A stretch of 64,000 nucleotides of DNA from Minisyncoccota bacterium (GCA_041674185.1 JBAYWE010000002.1:2233-66232); one strand, 5' to 3'. Counted from the stretch's first letter, positions 48,391 to 58,771 are shown. A program made the numbers and translations. The notes: a model not told the origin generated them from the sequence alone.

Positions 48391-48440
48391 GTTCAGTATT
48401 CGTTCTTTACAATTTCATAACAAACATAAGGAGAAAAGAA

Positions 48441-49634
48441 ATGAATCAGAAAGATATGAATCGTAATGTGTCTCTCTATAAGTGGTATGTTTTATTTAAT
48501 GAACCACTATTCTGGGGACCCGTTCTTATCATCTCGCTACAAAAATTAGGGCACATGACGCTTTCGGATATCTATTTTATGGAATCCGCAGTTGTTATTA
48601 TTTGTGTCTTGTTAGATATTCCCTCAGGAACACTCGCAGATATTATCGGAAAAAGAACAATGCTCATTTTCGGACGCATGCTATTATTTATAAGCATATG
48701 TTTATTTGCCTGTATGTCATCTCCCCTCCTTGCATGGACAGCAAACATAGCCTGGGCAATTGGATATTCATTTCAATCAGGAGCGGACGTCTCACTTCTA
48801 TATAGTAGCCTTAAAAATGGAGGACATCACACACAATTCAAAAAAGTGGAAGGACGTGCGGTGGGATCACGATTCTTACTCATGGCATGCTGCGCACTGA
48901 TAGTGAGCGCGTTGGTAACCATACACCCAAGACTCCCTCTCATCTTCTCTATTATTCCTATGGGAATACCTCTTATTATTTCTTTTCGATTCAAAGAGTC
49001 GACTCAAACAAAGAAATATAGCGCCTCAGAGCAAATACGTATTCTCAAGGCAGGAGTATTATGTGCGCTCAGAAATAAATACATACGATGGATTATCGGA
49101 TTTTCTGCATTCATCGCGGGAACATCAAAAATATGGTTTTTTACCTATAACCCATATTTCGAAAGAGTTGGTATTCACATTGCATATTATGGATTTATAT
49201 TTTTTCTCATCAATATTGTTGCGTGGGTATCAAGCCGCTATGCACATCAAATGGCAAACTTCACTACAGAACGGAATTCTATTCTATGGATGACTGCCTG
49301 TATCGCAATACCTATTCTACTTATGGGATTATTTCCTTTTTGGCCACTCGCATATCTCATATTATTTCAAAATTTAGTACGCGGATTTATGAGTCCCTTC
49401 TTAGGAGATTTTATTAATAAACACATTGACACAGAAGAAATACGAGCGACCGTACTTTCAGTAAGATCATCAACCACAAACACCGTCTCTATTTTTGCCC
49501 TTGCGTGGTTTGGATTTATGACAAGTCAATTTAGTTTATTATCTTCGCTCAGTATTCTCGGTATAATTGCCCTCGGTGTAGGAGCGCTGAGCATACAACG
49601 ATATCAAAAATTATTTCTCACACCAGGGAAATAA
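48441..49634 (+). CDS. MFS transporter
   Basis: LDIPSGTLADIIGKR (motif A), SGADVSLLY, RATVLS; about 12 hydrophobic segments. Confidence 0.9.
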   Translation: MNQKDMNRNVSLYKWYVLFNEPLFWGPVLIISLQKLGHMTLSDIYFMESAVVIICVLLDIPSGTLADIIGKRTMLIFGRMLLFISICLFACMSSPLLAWTANIAWAIGYSFQSGADVSLLYSSLKNGGHHTQFKKVEGRAVGSRFLLMACCALIVSALVTIHPRLPLIFSIIPMGIPLIISFRFKESTQTKKYSASEQIRILKAGVLCALRNKYIRWIIGFSAFIAGTSKIWFFTYNPYFERVGIHIAYYGFIFFLINIVAWVSSRYAHQMANFTTERNSILWMTACIAIPILLMGLFPFWPLAYLILFQNLVRGFMSPFLGDFINKHIDTEEIRATVLSVRSSTTNTVSIFALAWFGFMTSQFSLLSSLSILGIIALGVGALSIQRYQKLFLTPGK

Positions 49635-49688
49635 GAAAAAAATCACCCTGATACACATCAAGGTGATTTTTATAAAAAGTATATACCC

Positions 49689-50027
49689 CTATTCACCAGA
49701 TGAAGAGGTGGTATTTAAAGTTGATTCCTGCGTAGGAACTACAAAACGATCCATTCCCCCACAACGCCCATCTTCAGAATAAATACTGGAACGATTTTGC
49801 ATGAAACGGCCATATCCATACTGATCATCATGTCCTCCTTGTCTAAACAAAAATGACATTTTACCAAACCAAACCCCCGCAAAAAAAACAAATGCAAAAA
49901 TCAACAAAGTTAAAATAATACGAACTAAGATATAATTTCCACAACACCCACTTTTTCCCATAGGTCTTTGTTGACACATAAAACAGACACATCCCTCAGG
50001 ACATCCTCCTTTTTTTATTTCTTCCAT
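49689..50027 (-). CDS. Hypothetical membrane protein
   Basis: Cys-rich N-terminus, one transmembrane helix. Confidence 0.6.
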   Translation of the reverse strand: MEEIKKGGCPEGCVCFMCQQRPMGKSGCCGNYILVRIILTLLIFAFVFFAGVWFGKMSFLFRQGGHDDQYGYGRFMQNRSSIYSEDGRCGGMDRFVVPTQESTLNTTSSSGE

Positions 50028-50173
50028 AAAATATATGTTCTTATTCTATTAATAATAAAATGACCGTTCTGTATAGTATAGCATACACACCACATGAAAC
50101 CATAACAGCTATATACTATAAACTAATTATAAGCCCTTGCGAAATAACGGAATATAAGGCAGTATAAGGCGAC

Positions 50174-51646
50174 ATGGCACAAGACGAAACAATTCTTCGA
50201 TTTAATGAAGTAACCTTTGAATTTGGACATAAGAAACCTATTTTACGAGAAGCGAGTTTTTCTATACGCCGAGGAAGCAAAATGACCCTCATGGGACAAA
50301 ATGGCGCAGGAAAAAGTACTATATTTAAACTCATTACTGGCACACTCAAACCAGAATCAGGTAGTATTACCACCATCCCCGGAATTACCATCGCGACATC
50401 GCGACAAGTCATTCCTCGCGAACAAATGAATTGGACCGTAAAAGAATTTTTTGAGAGTGTATTCCCTAAAAAAATATATGATATAGATCCACAAATAGAC
50501 ACGGTATTAGATGTGGTCCACCTTTCTACATCGCACGATAAAATACTCAATACATTTTCAGGAGGGCAACAGGCACGACTCCTCCTTGCACAAGCACTTA
50601 TTCAAAATCCAGATATTTTATTATTAGATGAGCCCACAAATAACCTCGATAAAGCAGGTATTGCGCATCTGAAAAAGTTTCTCGTTGAATATTCTAAAAC
50701 CTGTATTGTTATTTCTCATGACGCAGATTTCTTAAATGCATTCACACACGGCGTGTTTTATTTGGAAGCATTTTCACACATTATAGAACAATACACCGGA
50801 AACTATTTTAAGGTAGTCGCAGATATCCAAGCACGCCGAGAACGTGAACGTATGAAAAATGCGCGCCTAGAAAAAGACATTGAACATCGAAAAGAAAAAG
50901 CAAACTTCTTTGGGCAAAAAGGAGGACATTTGCGTGATGTGGCGCGTAAAATGAGAGAAAAAATTGAAGAACTAGAAGAAGACACCGTGGAAGTACGCCG
51001 AGAAGATAAAACAATTAGAAAATTCTCCATCCCTTGTCAAGAACACACCGGAGGCGTTCTTCTATCTCTTTCATCGGTTTCTATTATGCATCCGTATGAA
51101 CAAATTCCCGTTACTAAGAAAGTACATATAGAACTACGCAAGAAAGAACGCCTCTTACTTACGGGACCCAATGGAATAGGAAAAACAACACTTCTCCAAA
51201 CACTCGCCACTGGGCATGCACAGGGAGAAACAGTTGCGAAAGGAGTTCATATTGGATATTATCGTCAAGATTTTTCCGCACTTGATTTTGAAGAAACAAC
51301 ATACGAAGCGCTCCGGAAAGCAATGAAAGTAGGTGGTGAAGAAGAGCTTCGCTCATACGCCGCGGGATTTCTATTGGATAGTGAAATATTAAAGACAAAA
51401 ATAGGGTCTCTATCTGAAGGACAAAAAGGACTTGTGGCATTTGCTAAAATAGCCCTCGAACACCCAGGACTATTAATACTCGATGAACCCACGAATCATA
51501 TAAACTTCCGTCATCTCCCCATTATTGCAGAAGCCTTAAATGCATATGAAGGAGCTATGATTCTCGTAAGTCACTTCCCTGAATTTGTAAAAGAAATAAA
51601 AATTACCCACGAATTAAACCTAGGAGAACTCGTAGAAAAAGATTAA
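50174..51646 (+). CDS. ABC-F family ATPase
   Basis: Two ABC domains (GQNGAGKS/FSGGQ/LLDEPTN and GPNGIGKT/LSEGQ/LDEPTN) with a linker and no transmembrane segment. Confidence 0.93.
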   Translation: MAQDETILRFNEVTFEFGHKKPILREASFSIRRGSKMTLMGQNGAGKSTIFKLITGTLKPESGSITTIPGITIATSRQVIPREQMNWTVKEFFESVFPKKIYDIDPQIDTVLDVVHLSTSHDKILNTFSGGQQARLLLAQALIQNPDILLLDEPTNNLDKAGIAHLKKFLVEYSKTCIVISHDADFLNAFTHGVFYLEAFSHIIEQYTGNYFKVVADIQARRERERMKNARLEKDIEHRKEKANFFGQKGGHLRDVARKMREKIEELEEDTVEVRREDKTIRKFSIPCQEHTGGVLLSLSSVSIMHPYEQIPVTKKVHIELRKKERLLLTGPNGIGKTTLLQTLATGHAQGETVAKGVHIGYYRQDFSALDFEETTYEALRKAMKVGGEEELRSYAAGFLLDSEILKTKIGSLSEGQKGLVAFAKIALEHPGLLILDEPTNHINFRHLPIIAEALNAYEGAMILVSHFPEFVKEIKITHELNLGELVEKD

Positions 51647-51873
51647 ATAATTTCGTCTATTTTTTGAGCAAGCGCTCTATCTTTATCTGTTACCATTTCT
51701 GCGTCATGCGTAGTGAGAGTAACACGAACGTGTTTGTAATCATACAATAATATATCGGGATGATGTTGTATTTCTTCCGCAAGAACTCCTATTTTATTTA
51801 CAAAAACAAGAGCATCGTGAAATGAAGTAAATATGAATTCCCGATAGATGGTATTTTCTTTCTCTTTCCACAT
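51643..51873 (-). CDS. Pterin-4-alpha-carbinolamine dehydratase family protein
   Basis: FVNKIGVLAEEIQHHPDI, LTTHDA, DRALA; start set at MWKEKEN instead of the longer ORF call. Confidence 0.85.
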   Translation of the reverse strand: MWKEKENTIYREFIFTSFHDALVFVNKIGVLAEEIQHHPDILLYDYKHVRVTLTTHDAEMVTDKDRALAQKIDEII

Positions 51874-51878
51874 ATATA

Positions 51879-52127
51879 TTATATCTGTAGAAATCCAAGC
51901 GCGTGATATACCAGTATCGCGGGCCATACCAAAGCCTTTAAAATACCAAGAGCTCCCGCCCAAAAAAACGTATCTGCTTGTTGCACAAAATAAATAGCAG
52001 CACCAATAAACGCGACGCCATATATACAACTCGGAGTAGCACACGTATTTCCAGAATATTTTTTACGACAACTTGATTCAGGTGAAATTTTTTGTTCTTC
52101 AGTATTCATATACAGATAGAATAACAC
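51879..52127 (-). CDS. Small membrane protein
   Basis: IYGVAFIGAAIYF...LKALVWPA, two hydrophobic helices. Confidence 0.65.
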   Translation of the reverse strand: MLFYLYMNTEEQKISPESSCRKKYSGNTCATPSCIYGVAFIGAAIYFVQQADTFFWAGALGILKALVWPAILVYHALGFLQI

Positions 52128-52168
52128 ACAAAGAAAGAATACACGAATGGGGTTATAAAAGAATATCT

Positions 52169-52654
52169 TTAATTTCTCATCCGCCGAAACTCATCTTGGG
52201 GCATATCCTGTTGTATATAGGGCTTCATAAGTCCTCGTATAGGACCCCGACGAGCAAGGAAAGTCATTAATCCCAAGGTATCAATTATAAATCCCCCTAT
52301 AATAATCGCGACAATAAATCCCCCCGCAATGAGTTTAAAATTTTTCTTAAAAGAAAAATCGTACATACGCAATAACCAAATCCCCAAAACAAAACTTCCC
52401 AGAATAAGTATGGGAGCCCACCAAGGAAAAAGTTCCATCATTCGATCAAATCTATATCCTCCCATAGGACGATGGGTGCGTATAGAAAATCGTATAAATC
52501 CAACTAAGAAGACAGAGAGAACTACCGATCCCACAAGTCCGACAAAGGTACTTATGGATCCGACAACAAAATATATTTTTGAACGCATTTTTATTTTATT
52601 ATGCGAAATTTTCTCCATAACCACAGCGGAAATATTTTTTAATTCTTCTGACAT
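52169..52654 (-). CDS. Membrane protein, possible anti-sigma factor
   Basis: Three hydrophobic helices; overlaps the 3' end of the ECF sigma gene. Confidence 0.6.
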   Translation of the reverse strand: MSEELKNISAVVMEKISHNKIKMRSKIYFVVGSISTFVGLVGSVVLSVFLVGFIRFSIRTHRPMGGYRFDRMMELFPWWAPILILGSFVLGIWLLRMYDFSFKKNFKLIAGGFIVAIIIGGFIIDTLGLMTFLARRGPIRGLMKPYIQQDMPQDEFRRMRN

Positions 52655-53187
52655 ATTTTTTTTATTATTTTCTTCGCCCGACGTATACGAGTTGCAACTG
52701 TTCCCATGGGAATTCTTAAAATAGTACTAATTTCTTCATATGATTTATCATCTAAATAATACAGACTCAGGGGTTCAGAATAAAGAAGAGGAAGAGCACT
52801 GAGACATGTTTCCACCTGTGCCTGAATCTCTTTTTGTTCAAATTCTTCTTCAAGACTGTAATCGTCCTTCATATCAAAATCATCTATAAGAGGTATCTCT
52901 TTCTTATATTTTTTAACGACATTCATCGCTTCATTATGAACAATACGATACAGCCAACTTGAAAACTTCTTTTGAACATCAAATCCATGCAAATGAATAT
53001 AGGCATTTATAAAAGCATCTTGTACAATGTGCTGTGCGCCCCCCTCATCATGAACAAGATGATTTGCATATCTCAAAAGTTTGTCAGTATAGCGATCCAT
53101 AAGAACTGCAAAAAGTTCTCGATCATCTGAGCGAACTCTTTCTACAATTTCTTCATCAGTTAATACCGTACTATCGCTCATATACAA
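52639..53187 (-). CDS. ECF RNA polymerase sigma factor
   Basis: IVQDAFINAY, FSSWLYRIVHN, SYEEISTILRIPMGTVATRIRRAK. Confidence 0.93.
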   Translation of the reverse strand: MYMSDSTVLTDEEIVERVRSDDRELFAVLMDRYTDKLLRYANHLVHDEGGAQHIVQDAFINAYIHLHGFDVQKKFSSWLYRIVHNEAMNVVKKYKKEIPLIDDFDMKDDYSLEEEFEQKEIQAQVETCLSALPLLYSEPLSLYYLDDKSYEEISTILRIPMGTVATRIRRAKKIIKKICQKN

Positions 53188-53261
53188 TACTTTAAAAAAT
53201 ATGCGTGTATCCTACTCAATTCTAAATATACTGATTTGAATTGAGTAGGATACATAAATTA

Positions 53262-53714
53262 TTAACGGTTAAAACCTCTTCCCGTACCACCCATTCTCCC
53301 GAGTCCATTTTGTGTGCCAAGTCCAAGCTCTTGACGAATTTTCTGAGCTTCCACTGTTTTACCCTGTACCGCTAAATTACGAGCTTCTACAAATTTTGCA
53401 AAATTAGCTTGAGTAATAACCTGACTTGCTCTTCCTTTATTTTGCATAAGATTTTTCCACGCGGTGTAATCTTTATTCTCAAACGCCTGGGTCATTGCCG
53501 TATGACGTTCTACTGAATAATTTGGACCAACGCGTGTGGGATCTCCTTGATACGCGAGTGCAGTACCTGTTGAAATTGCAATAATCCCAACCATAAACAC
53601 CAACACTCCAAATCCTAATATGTTTTTTTTCATAACATTTTTTTGAATTAATATTATACGATAGAGAGCTAAAGTGACGTATATTTCAGCCCATCTACCT
53701 CTTATACAATCCAA
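53262..53714 (-). CDS. Secreted hypothetical protein (true start probably MKKNILG near 53633)
   Basis: Signal peptide ending ALA; Gly-rich tail. Confidence 0.65.
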   Translation of the reverse strand: MDCIRGRWAEIYVTLALYRIILIQKNVMKKNILGFGVLVFMVGIIAISTGTALAYQGDPTRVGPNYSVERHTAMTQAFENKDYTAWKNLMQNKGRASQVITQANFAKFVEARNLAVQGKTVEAQKIRQELGLGTQNGLGRMGGTGRGFNR

Positions 53715-53735
53715 AACTACTATTTCTTTCCTTTT

Positions 53736-54548
53736 TTATATATTTCTTTGTCTTTTAATTTCAGAGATGATAATTGACGTAGCAACAGCAACGTTTAATG
53801 AACTTGCGGACCCTTGTATGGGAATTGCAACCATTTCATCAGCTAATGCTTTATATCCAACGCTTAGTCCTAGTTTCTCATTGCCAACAAGTAAAATAGT
53901 AGGTTTATTGAAATCATGCGCATACACCGTATGACTTCCATGCTCATCAGTACCCACAATTTGTAAATGAGGAAATTTTTCTTTTAAATTCTTAATCCAT
54001 ACTTCAACTTCTGTTTGAGAAGGAATACGAACAATGGGCAGTAAGAATAATGAACCCGTCGTTGCGCTAATTGTTTCTGGATCGTATACATCAACCGCAT
54101 GCCCCGTAATAATGAGGCCGTCCACTCCAAACGCATCACACGATCGAATAAGAGTTCCTAAATTTCCTGGACTTGAAGGTCTATCAAAAACAACAACTAA
54201 TAAAGTATTATGTATTTTTATTTTATGTAAATCATCTTCGGGTATTTTAGCTACCATAAGTATTTCTGAAGTCTCTTCTTTATTGCTTAATTTTGCCAAA
54301 AGCTCTTTTGAAAGATCGTAGCACACCTCAGCTTTTGCATGTTCAATAATATGCTTCGCCCATGGAGAAAGTCCCCCATCTGATGAAAAAAGTACCGCCT
54401 GTATCTTCCACTTATAGGCAATGGCGTTATTGACATTTCGTACTCCCTCAAAAATAAACCCTTCTTTATTTCTTTTTTCTCTATTTGTTTTCAATGCATG
54501 AAATATCTGAAATTGAGCATTTTCTTTTGTGATCTTTAGAATTTTCAT
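53736..54548 (-). CDS. TrmH/SpoU family RNA methyltransferase
   Basis: PGNLGTLIRSCDAFG, VGNEKLGL, SLNVAVA. Confidence 0.92.
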   Translation of the reverse strand: MKILKITKENAQFQIFHALKTNREKRNKEGFIFEGVRNVNNAIAYKWKIQAVLFSSDGGLSPWAKHIIEHAKAEVCYDLSKELLAKLSNKEETSEILMVAKIPEDDLHKIKIHNTLLVVVFDRPSSPGNLGTLIRSCDAFGVDGLIITGHAVDVYDPETISATTGSLFLLPIVRIPSQTEVEVWIKNLKEKFPHLQIVGTDEHGSHTVYAHDFNKPTILLVGNEKLGLSVGYKALADEMVAIPIQGSASSLNVAVATSIIISEIKRQRNI

Positions 54549-54880
54549 ATTTTTATCTTTTCTACTTTTTTACTAAACGATCCATGAATCATACGAAACG
54601 AAGGACGTTTTTCCTTTTCATATAAAAAAGGAATTCCCATAATCTCTTTGCATTTTGTACAGGTCAAAGGGGATATTTTTTCAAGTGGATAATTTCTTAA
54701 TTGAGTTAATTCCTCGGGAGCAGATATTCTATCGAGATACATTCGTTTTAACGATCCGATGCCATCTTTTTGATACAAGGCAACAAAAGTTCCACACTGC
54801 GAACAAGATATGTTCAAAAATTTTGAAGATCCTCCCCGAACCCTTCTGTAATTATCTTTTTTAAATTCTAACTTTTTCAT
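54545..54880 (-). CDS. Hypothetical zinc-binding protein
   Basis: CSQC...YQKDG-GSLKRMYLDRI...CTKC. Confidence 0.65.
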   Translation of the reverse strand: MKKLEFKKDNYRRVRGGSSKFLNISCSQCGTFVALYQKDGIGSLKRMYLDRISAPEELTQLRNYPLEKISPLTCTKCKEIMGIPFLYEKEKRPSFRMIHGSFSKKVEKIKI

Positions 54881-54953
54881 AGATTTTAGATCATCTAATT
54901 AAAAGTTCTTTTTGCGGACTGTGTCCGCCGTAGCTCGCTTCGGCGAGCGAAGG

Positions 54954-55038
54954 CGGAGAGGGGGAGATTCGAACTCCCGATACCTTTCGATATACTCGCT
55001 TTCCAAGCGAGCGCACTAGACCACTATGCGACCCCTCC
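54954..55038 (-). tRNA. tRNA-Ser(GGA)
   Basis: GGAGGGG acceptor, anticodon arm CTCGC-TTGGAAA-GCGAG, long variable arm, GTTCGAATC. Confidence 0.95.
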
Positions 55039-55120
55039 AAATTATATATAAAATCTATCATTATTTTAGATAAATACAATCCCCTTTCTTAATGTAAAGA
55101 AAGTGATAAAATAGAGGTAT

Positions 55121-55345
55121 ATGAAAAAACTTATACAAGCAGAGTTTATTCTTCTTCTGGTCGGTACATTATTTGCATGGACTAATTTCGCCATCGAATT
55201 TATTGATTGGATAAACGGACGAGCCTGTAGCACAGGATGTGCAGTAGGACTCGTCAATCCATTCCTCACCCCCTGTTTCTATGGAGCACTCATGTTTCTC
55301 ACTACATTTATTATAAGTGCTATATTATATACAAAAAATAAATAA
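55121..55345 (+). CDS. Small membrane protein
   Basis: Two hydrophobic helices, NPFLTPCFYG. Confidence 0.6.
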   Translation: MKKLIQAEFILLLVGTLFAWTNFAIEFIDWINGRACSTGCAVGLVNPFLTPCFYGALMFLTTFIISAILYTKNK

Positions 55346-55348
55346 CAT

Positions 55349-55711
55349 ATGGACTACATACCCACACTTACTTTTTTCATCGTCGGTATATTATTTGCGA
55401 TTATTTCACTCCCCTTAATATATAGAAAGATTCCTGTAAATATCGTATACGGATTTCGCATATCAAAATATGTTTTTATAGACAAAGATATTTGGTACAC
55501 AGTAAATGAATTAGGAGGAAAATACTTTTTTGGTATAGGTATTATATTGCTCCTCCTCTCTTTTGTTTCTATGTATGCGAGTCCCGAATTGCTATATCAA
55601 ATACTCATTCCTTTTGAAATAGCATTTATTATCACTGGTGTCTTTTATACATGGTATAAGACACTTATATGCACCTATAGTCTTGCTCGTAAAAAAGGAC
55701 ACAAAAAATAA
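55349..55711 (+). CDS. SdpI/YhfL-family membrane protein
   Basis: KIPVNIVYGFR...W-TVNELGGK pattern. Confidence 0.75.
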   Translation: MDYIPTLTFFIVGILFAIISLPLIYRKIPVNIVYGFRISKYVFIDKDIWYTVNELGGKYFFGIGIILLLLSFVSMYASPELLYQILIPFEIAFIITGVFYTWYKTLICTYSLARKKGHKK

Positions 55712-55743
55712 TTAAAATCCCCCTAGGGGGATTTTAATTATTT
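55706..55743. terminator. Perfect 38-bp palindrome between convergent genes
   Basis: AAATAATTAAAATCCCCCTAGGGGGATTTTAATTATTT. Confidence 0.7.
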
Positions 55744-55819
55744 AATTTCAAATTTCTAATAAATTTTATTTCTTAAATTTAGATACTAGATGTTTTCTGT
55801 CTACCGATAGGCAGAAAAA

Positions 55820-56923
55820 TTAGACACTTCTCACATGGTCCGCTCCCACCGCTTCGGTAACAGAATGAAATCCATCCTTTTTTAAAAGTTTCACTAACCC
55901 TTTATTTATACGCTTAATCAAGAAAGGTCCTTCAAATATCATTCCCGTCATTAACTCAACAAGCGATGCTCCCGCACGAATCTTTTCATAAGCATCTTTG
56001 GCACTAAAAATTCCCCCCACACCAATAATAGGATACGCCCCACCCGTAAGAACATAAATACTTCGAATCATTTCGGTGGAGAGTTTTTGCATAGGTTTTC
56101 CAGATATCCCCCCTTTATACTGCTCAATATCAGCTAATTGAGTATGGGATAACAAATTCCTATTCCGAGTAAGATTAGAGACAATAAATCCAGTTACACA
56201 CGAATAGTTTTTTACGAGAGCAACAATAGCACGAACCATATCATTCGAAATATCAGGTTTTAGTTTTAAAAAAATAGGTTTCTGCGACTTCTCTGCCTGG
56301 AGAGCATCTAATAATTTTTTGAGTAATCCCATGTCTTCACAAAAAAGAATACCATCACCCGAATTCGGACAACTGATATTAATATTAATCAAATCAGCAA
56401 CGTGCTGTAATAACCGAAATGAAGCAATATAATCTGCAATAGAATCATCTCCTTTAATTTTTGCATCATTTGTTTTTGCAATATTAACCACCACAGGACA
56501 GGTGCGATGTTGTTTTTGAATATAGGGGGTCAACACAGTTGCCCCTTTATTCTTAAGTCCATAATTTACAATAAGAGATTCATCTTTTTTAAGACGAACA
56601 CTCCACGGATGTGGATTTCCCGCATACGCGTATCGAGTAATAGAACCAACCTCAGTAAATCCAAATCCTATACAGGGTATAGTCTGAATGAGCTGAGCAT
56701 CTTTATCAAACCCCCCCGCAAGTCCAATAGGATTTTTAAACGAAATACCACATACGTGAGTTTCTAAAGACGGATGGGTATATGAAAAAAGAAAGGTGAG
56801 TAAGCCTCGTGAAACACCCCAGGCCCCCAACCACGAACCAAATTGAACGGTGGTAAGATGTAACCAATCAGGAGAAAATAAAAATAAAATAGGTCTAATA
56901 ATTCGTTTATACAACATAGACAA
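55820..56923 (-). CDS. pyrD: Dihydroorotate dehydrogenase, class 2 (quinone)
   Basis: NPIGLAGGFDK, EVGSIT, NISCPN, LKLKPD, GGISG, IIGVGGI, KIRAGASLV, with class 2 N-terminal extension. Confidence 0.9.
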   Translation of the reverse strand: MSMLYKRIIRPILFLFSPDWLHLTTVQFGSWLGAWGVSRGLLTFLFSYTHPSLETHVCGISFKNPIGLAGGFDKDAQLIQTIPCIGFGFTEVGSITRYAYAGNPHPWSVRLKKDESLIVNYGLKNKGATVLTPYIQKQHRTCPVVVNIAKTNDAKIKGDDSIADYIASFRLLQHVADLININISCPNSGDGILFCEDMGLLKKLLDALQAEKSQKPIFLKLKPDISNDMVRAIVALVKNYSCVTGFIVSNLTRNRNLLSHTQLADIEQYKGGISGKPMQKLSTEMIRSIYVLTGGAYPIIGVGGIFSAKDAYEKIRAGASLVELMTGMIFEGPFLIKRINKGLVKLLKKDGFHSVTEAVGADHVRSV

Positions 56924-56936
56924 GAAGCTATAAAAA

Positions 56937-57707
56937 TTATTCTTTTCTCATCGGGGCCTTTTTGACGATCTCTAATATTTCATCTTCATCATCAGTAATA
57001 GTGAATAAATTCATATCTTCCTTATTGATGGTCTGATGTGTTTTATACATCAGATTTTCTAGAAAATGTTTGAGTGGTGTCCAAAAATCAGTTCCCACAA
57101 GAATCATGGGTACTTGAGGAATTTTTCTTGTTTGTACGAGAGTAAGAATCTCAAAAAACTCATCCATCGTACCAAACCCACCCGGAAAATAAATGTACGC
57201 CTCAGCAGAAAAAGTGAGTGAAACTTTGCGCGTAAAGAAATATTGAAAATCAACATGTTCTTGAACATACGGATTCATAACTTGCTCCTTTGGTAATACA
57301 ATATTAAATCCAATAGAACTCCCATCAACATCAAATGCCCCCCTATTAGCCGCCTCCATAATACCTGGTCCCCCGCCACTCACCACAGCAAATCCTCGCT
57401 GAGCCAAAAGAGATGCAATACGTCGTGCTTGTATATAATAGGGATTATCTTCTTTAAATCGAGCTGATCCAAAAAAAGTAACTGATTTAGGGTATGAACC
57501 AATAAACTCCAATCCCTCTAACAACTCTTTATTAATAACGGAAACTTTCTGATGTACAAGATCTGTCATGTCTTTTTGAGACATAGGACAAACATTTAAA
57601 TGAACCGACGGAATATTAACACGTTTTCGATTAGTATGTGACATATAGGAATAGTATATCATAAAGCAGAAATCCTGGGGAGATATGTCTTGCGTCCTTT
57701 CTTCCAA
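56937..57707 (-). CDS. LOG family (TIGR00730) protein
   Basis: FGSAR, GGGPGIMEAAN, YFFTRK, PGGFGTMDE; true start probably downstream of the ORF call. Confidence 0.92.
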   Translation of the reverse strand: MEERTQDISPQDFCFMIYYSYMSHTNRKRVNIPSVHLNVCPMSQKDMTDLVHQKVSVINKELLEGLEFIGSYPKSVTFFGSARFKEDNPYYIQARRIASLLAQRGFAVVSGGGPGIMEAANRGAFDVDGSSIGFNIVLPKEQVMNPYVQEHVDFQYFFTRKVSLTFSAEAYIYFPGGFGTMDEFFEILTLVQTRKIPQVPMILVGTDFWTPLKHFLENLMYKTHQTINKEDMNLFTITDDEDEILEIVKKAPMRKE

Positions 57708-57745
57708 TACGATACACTACAAACCATTATTACTAATTCATACGT

Positions 57746-57958
57746 ATGAAAACAAAGCAAGAGATATTGCAAGATTACTTAGATGATGCGCAAGAAACAC
57801 TTATTAAAATAGATATTACCTATACCTATTTACAAAATAAATATGCTGAAGATAATAACAAACATATTTTAGAAGAACTTGCAAAATTAGAGGCAAATAA
57901 GAAAGAAACAGAAAGTTGGTCTACATACATAACAGAGCAAATTTCAAAAGAAAAATAA
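57746..57958 (+). CDS. Hypothetical helical protein
   Basis: 70-aa ORF followed by a hairpin (AAACCCGG-ATAAA-CCGGGCTTT). Confidence 0.6.
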   Translation: MKTKQEILQDYLDDAQETLIKIDITYTYLQNKYAEDNNKHILEELAKLEANKKETESWSTYITEQISKEK

Positions 57959-58010
57959 AAAAATAAAAACCCGGATAAACCGGGCTTTTTATAAAAACAA
58001 AAATTCTAAA

Positions 58011-58649
58011 CTAAACATATACTCGTTTTGCCATACCCAAGGAAACTCTACTGGGGTGGATCCCTGTATCAGCAAGACGTATAACATGGTCGCCCCCTCC
58101 CACAAGAACAGTGTTCTTATAGACAGAATTACATCGAACCATGTGATTACGATTGAGAAATTTATCAAAAAGATTCTTATGAACCGCTTCAGGGATTATC
58201 TGTAATCCCATAAAAGGCACAAATGAATCTTCTTCCAGATCCTGTTTTTGTTCTAAAGGTTTTTTACCGAGTGAAACGCCACTCGGCTTTGCAATATAAA
58301 CGCCCTCTTCAACACAAAATCCTACCTGAAGAAATTTATTAAAATCAAAATCATTGGAGGTAAGATCATTTTTAAAGGATACCCCTAATTTTTCCCAGAA
58401 AAGCCCATTAATCTGAACACTTCCCACCTTGTTCAAGCCAATGAGAACCATCTCTTCACTTGAGCGTTTAACGTTTTTTAAACTCTCTGTAGAAGGAATG
58501 GTGCTTAGAAAATTATCAGGAATAGAAATCTCCGCTTGTAGGAATAGAAGCTCCCATGTGTGCGGACCAATAATTCCCTCTTTAAACTCAAGTTGAGCTT
58601 TCTTCTTGAGTTGTAGAACTTTCTGAGTACAATTTTTTCCTTTGTTCAT
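58011..58649 (-). CDS. Hypothetical protein
   Basis: 212-aa ORF, no motif recognised. Confidence 0.55.
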   Translation of the reverse strand: MNKGKNCTQKVLQLKKKAQLEFKEGIIGPHTWELLFLQAEISIPDNFLSTIPSTESLKNVKRSSEEMVLIGLNKVGSVQINGLFWEKLGVSFKNDLTSNDFDFNKFLQVGFCVEEGVYIAKPSGVSLGKKPLEQKQDLEEDSFVPFMGLQIIPEAVHKNLFDKFLNRNHMVRCNSVYKNTVLVGGGDHVIRLADTGIHPSRVSLGMAKRVYV

Positions 58650-58771
58650 ATACTGACTCCCACTTTAAAAAATGAATAGAATTATAGAGTACAACAGACC
58701 ACGCCTTGTGGCCAGATAATAAATATATCACAAAATAAAAAAATGTCCATAGAACCGTATGAACATTTTTA

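Noticed and set aside
54891-55079. 62-aa ORF
   Set aside because: Translation of tRNA-Ser and its flanking hairpin.
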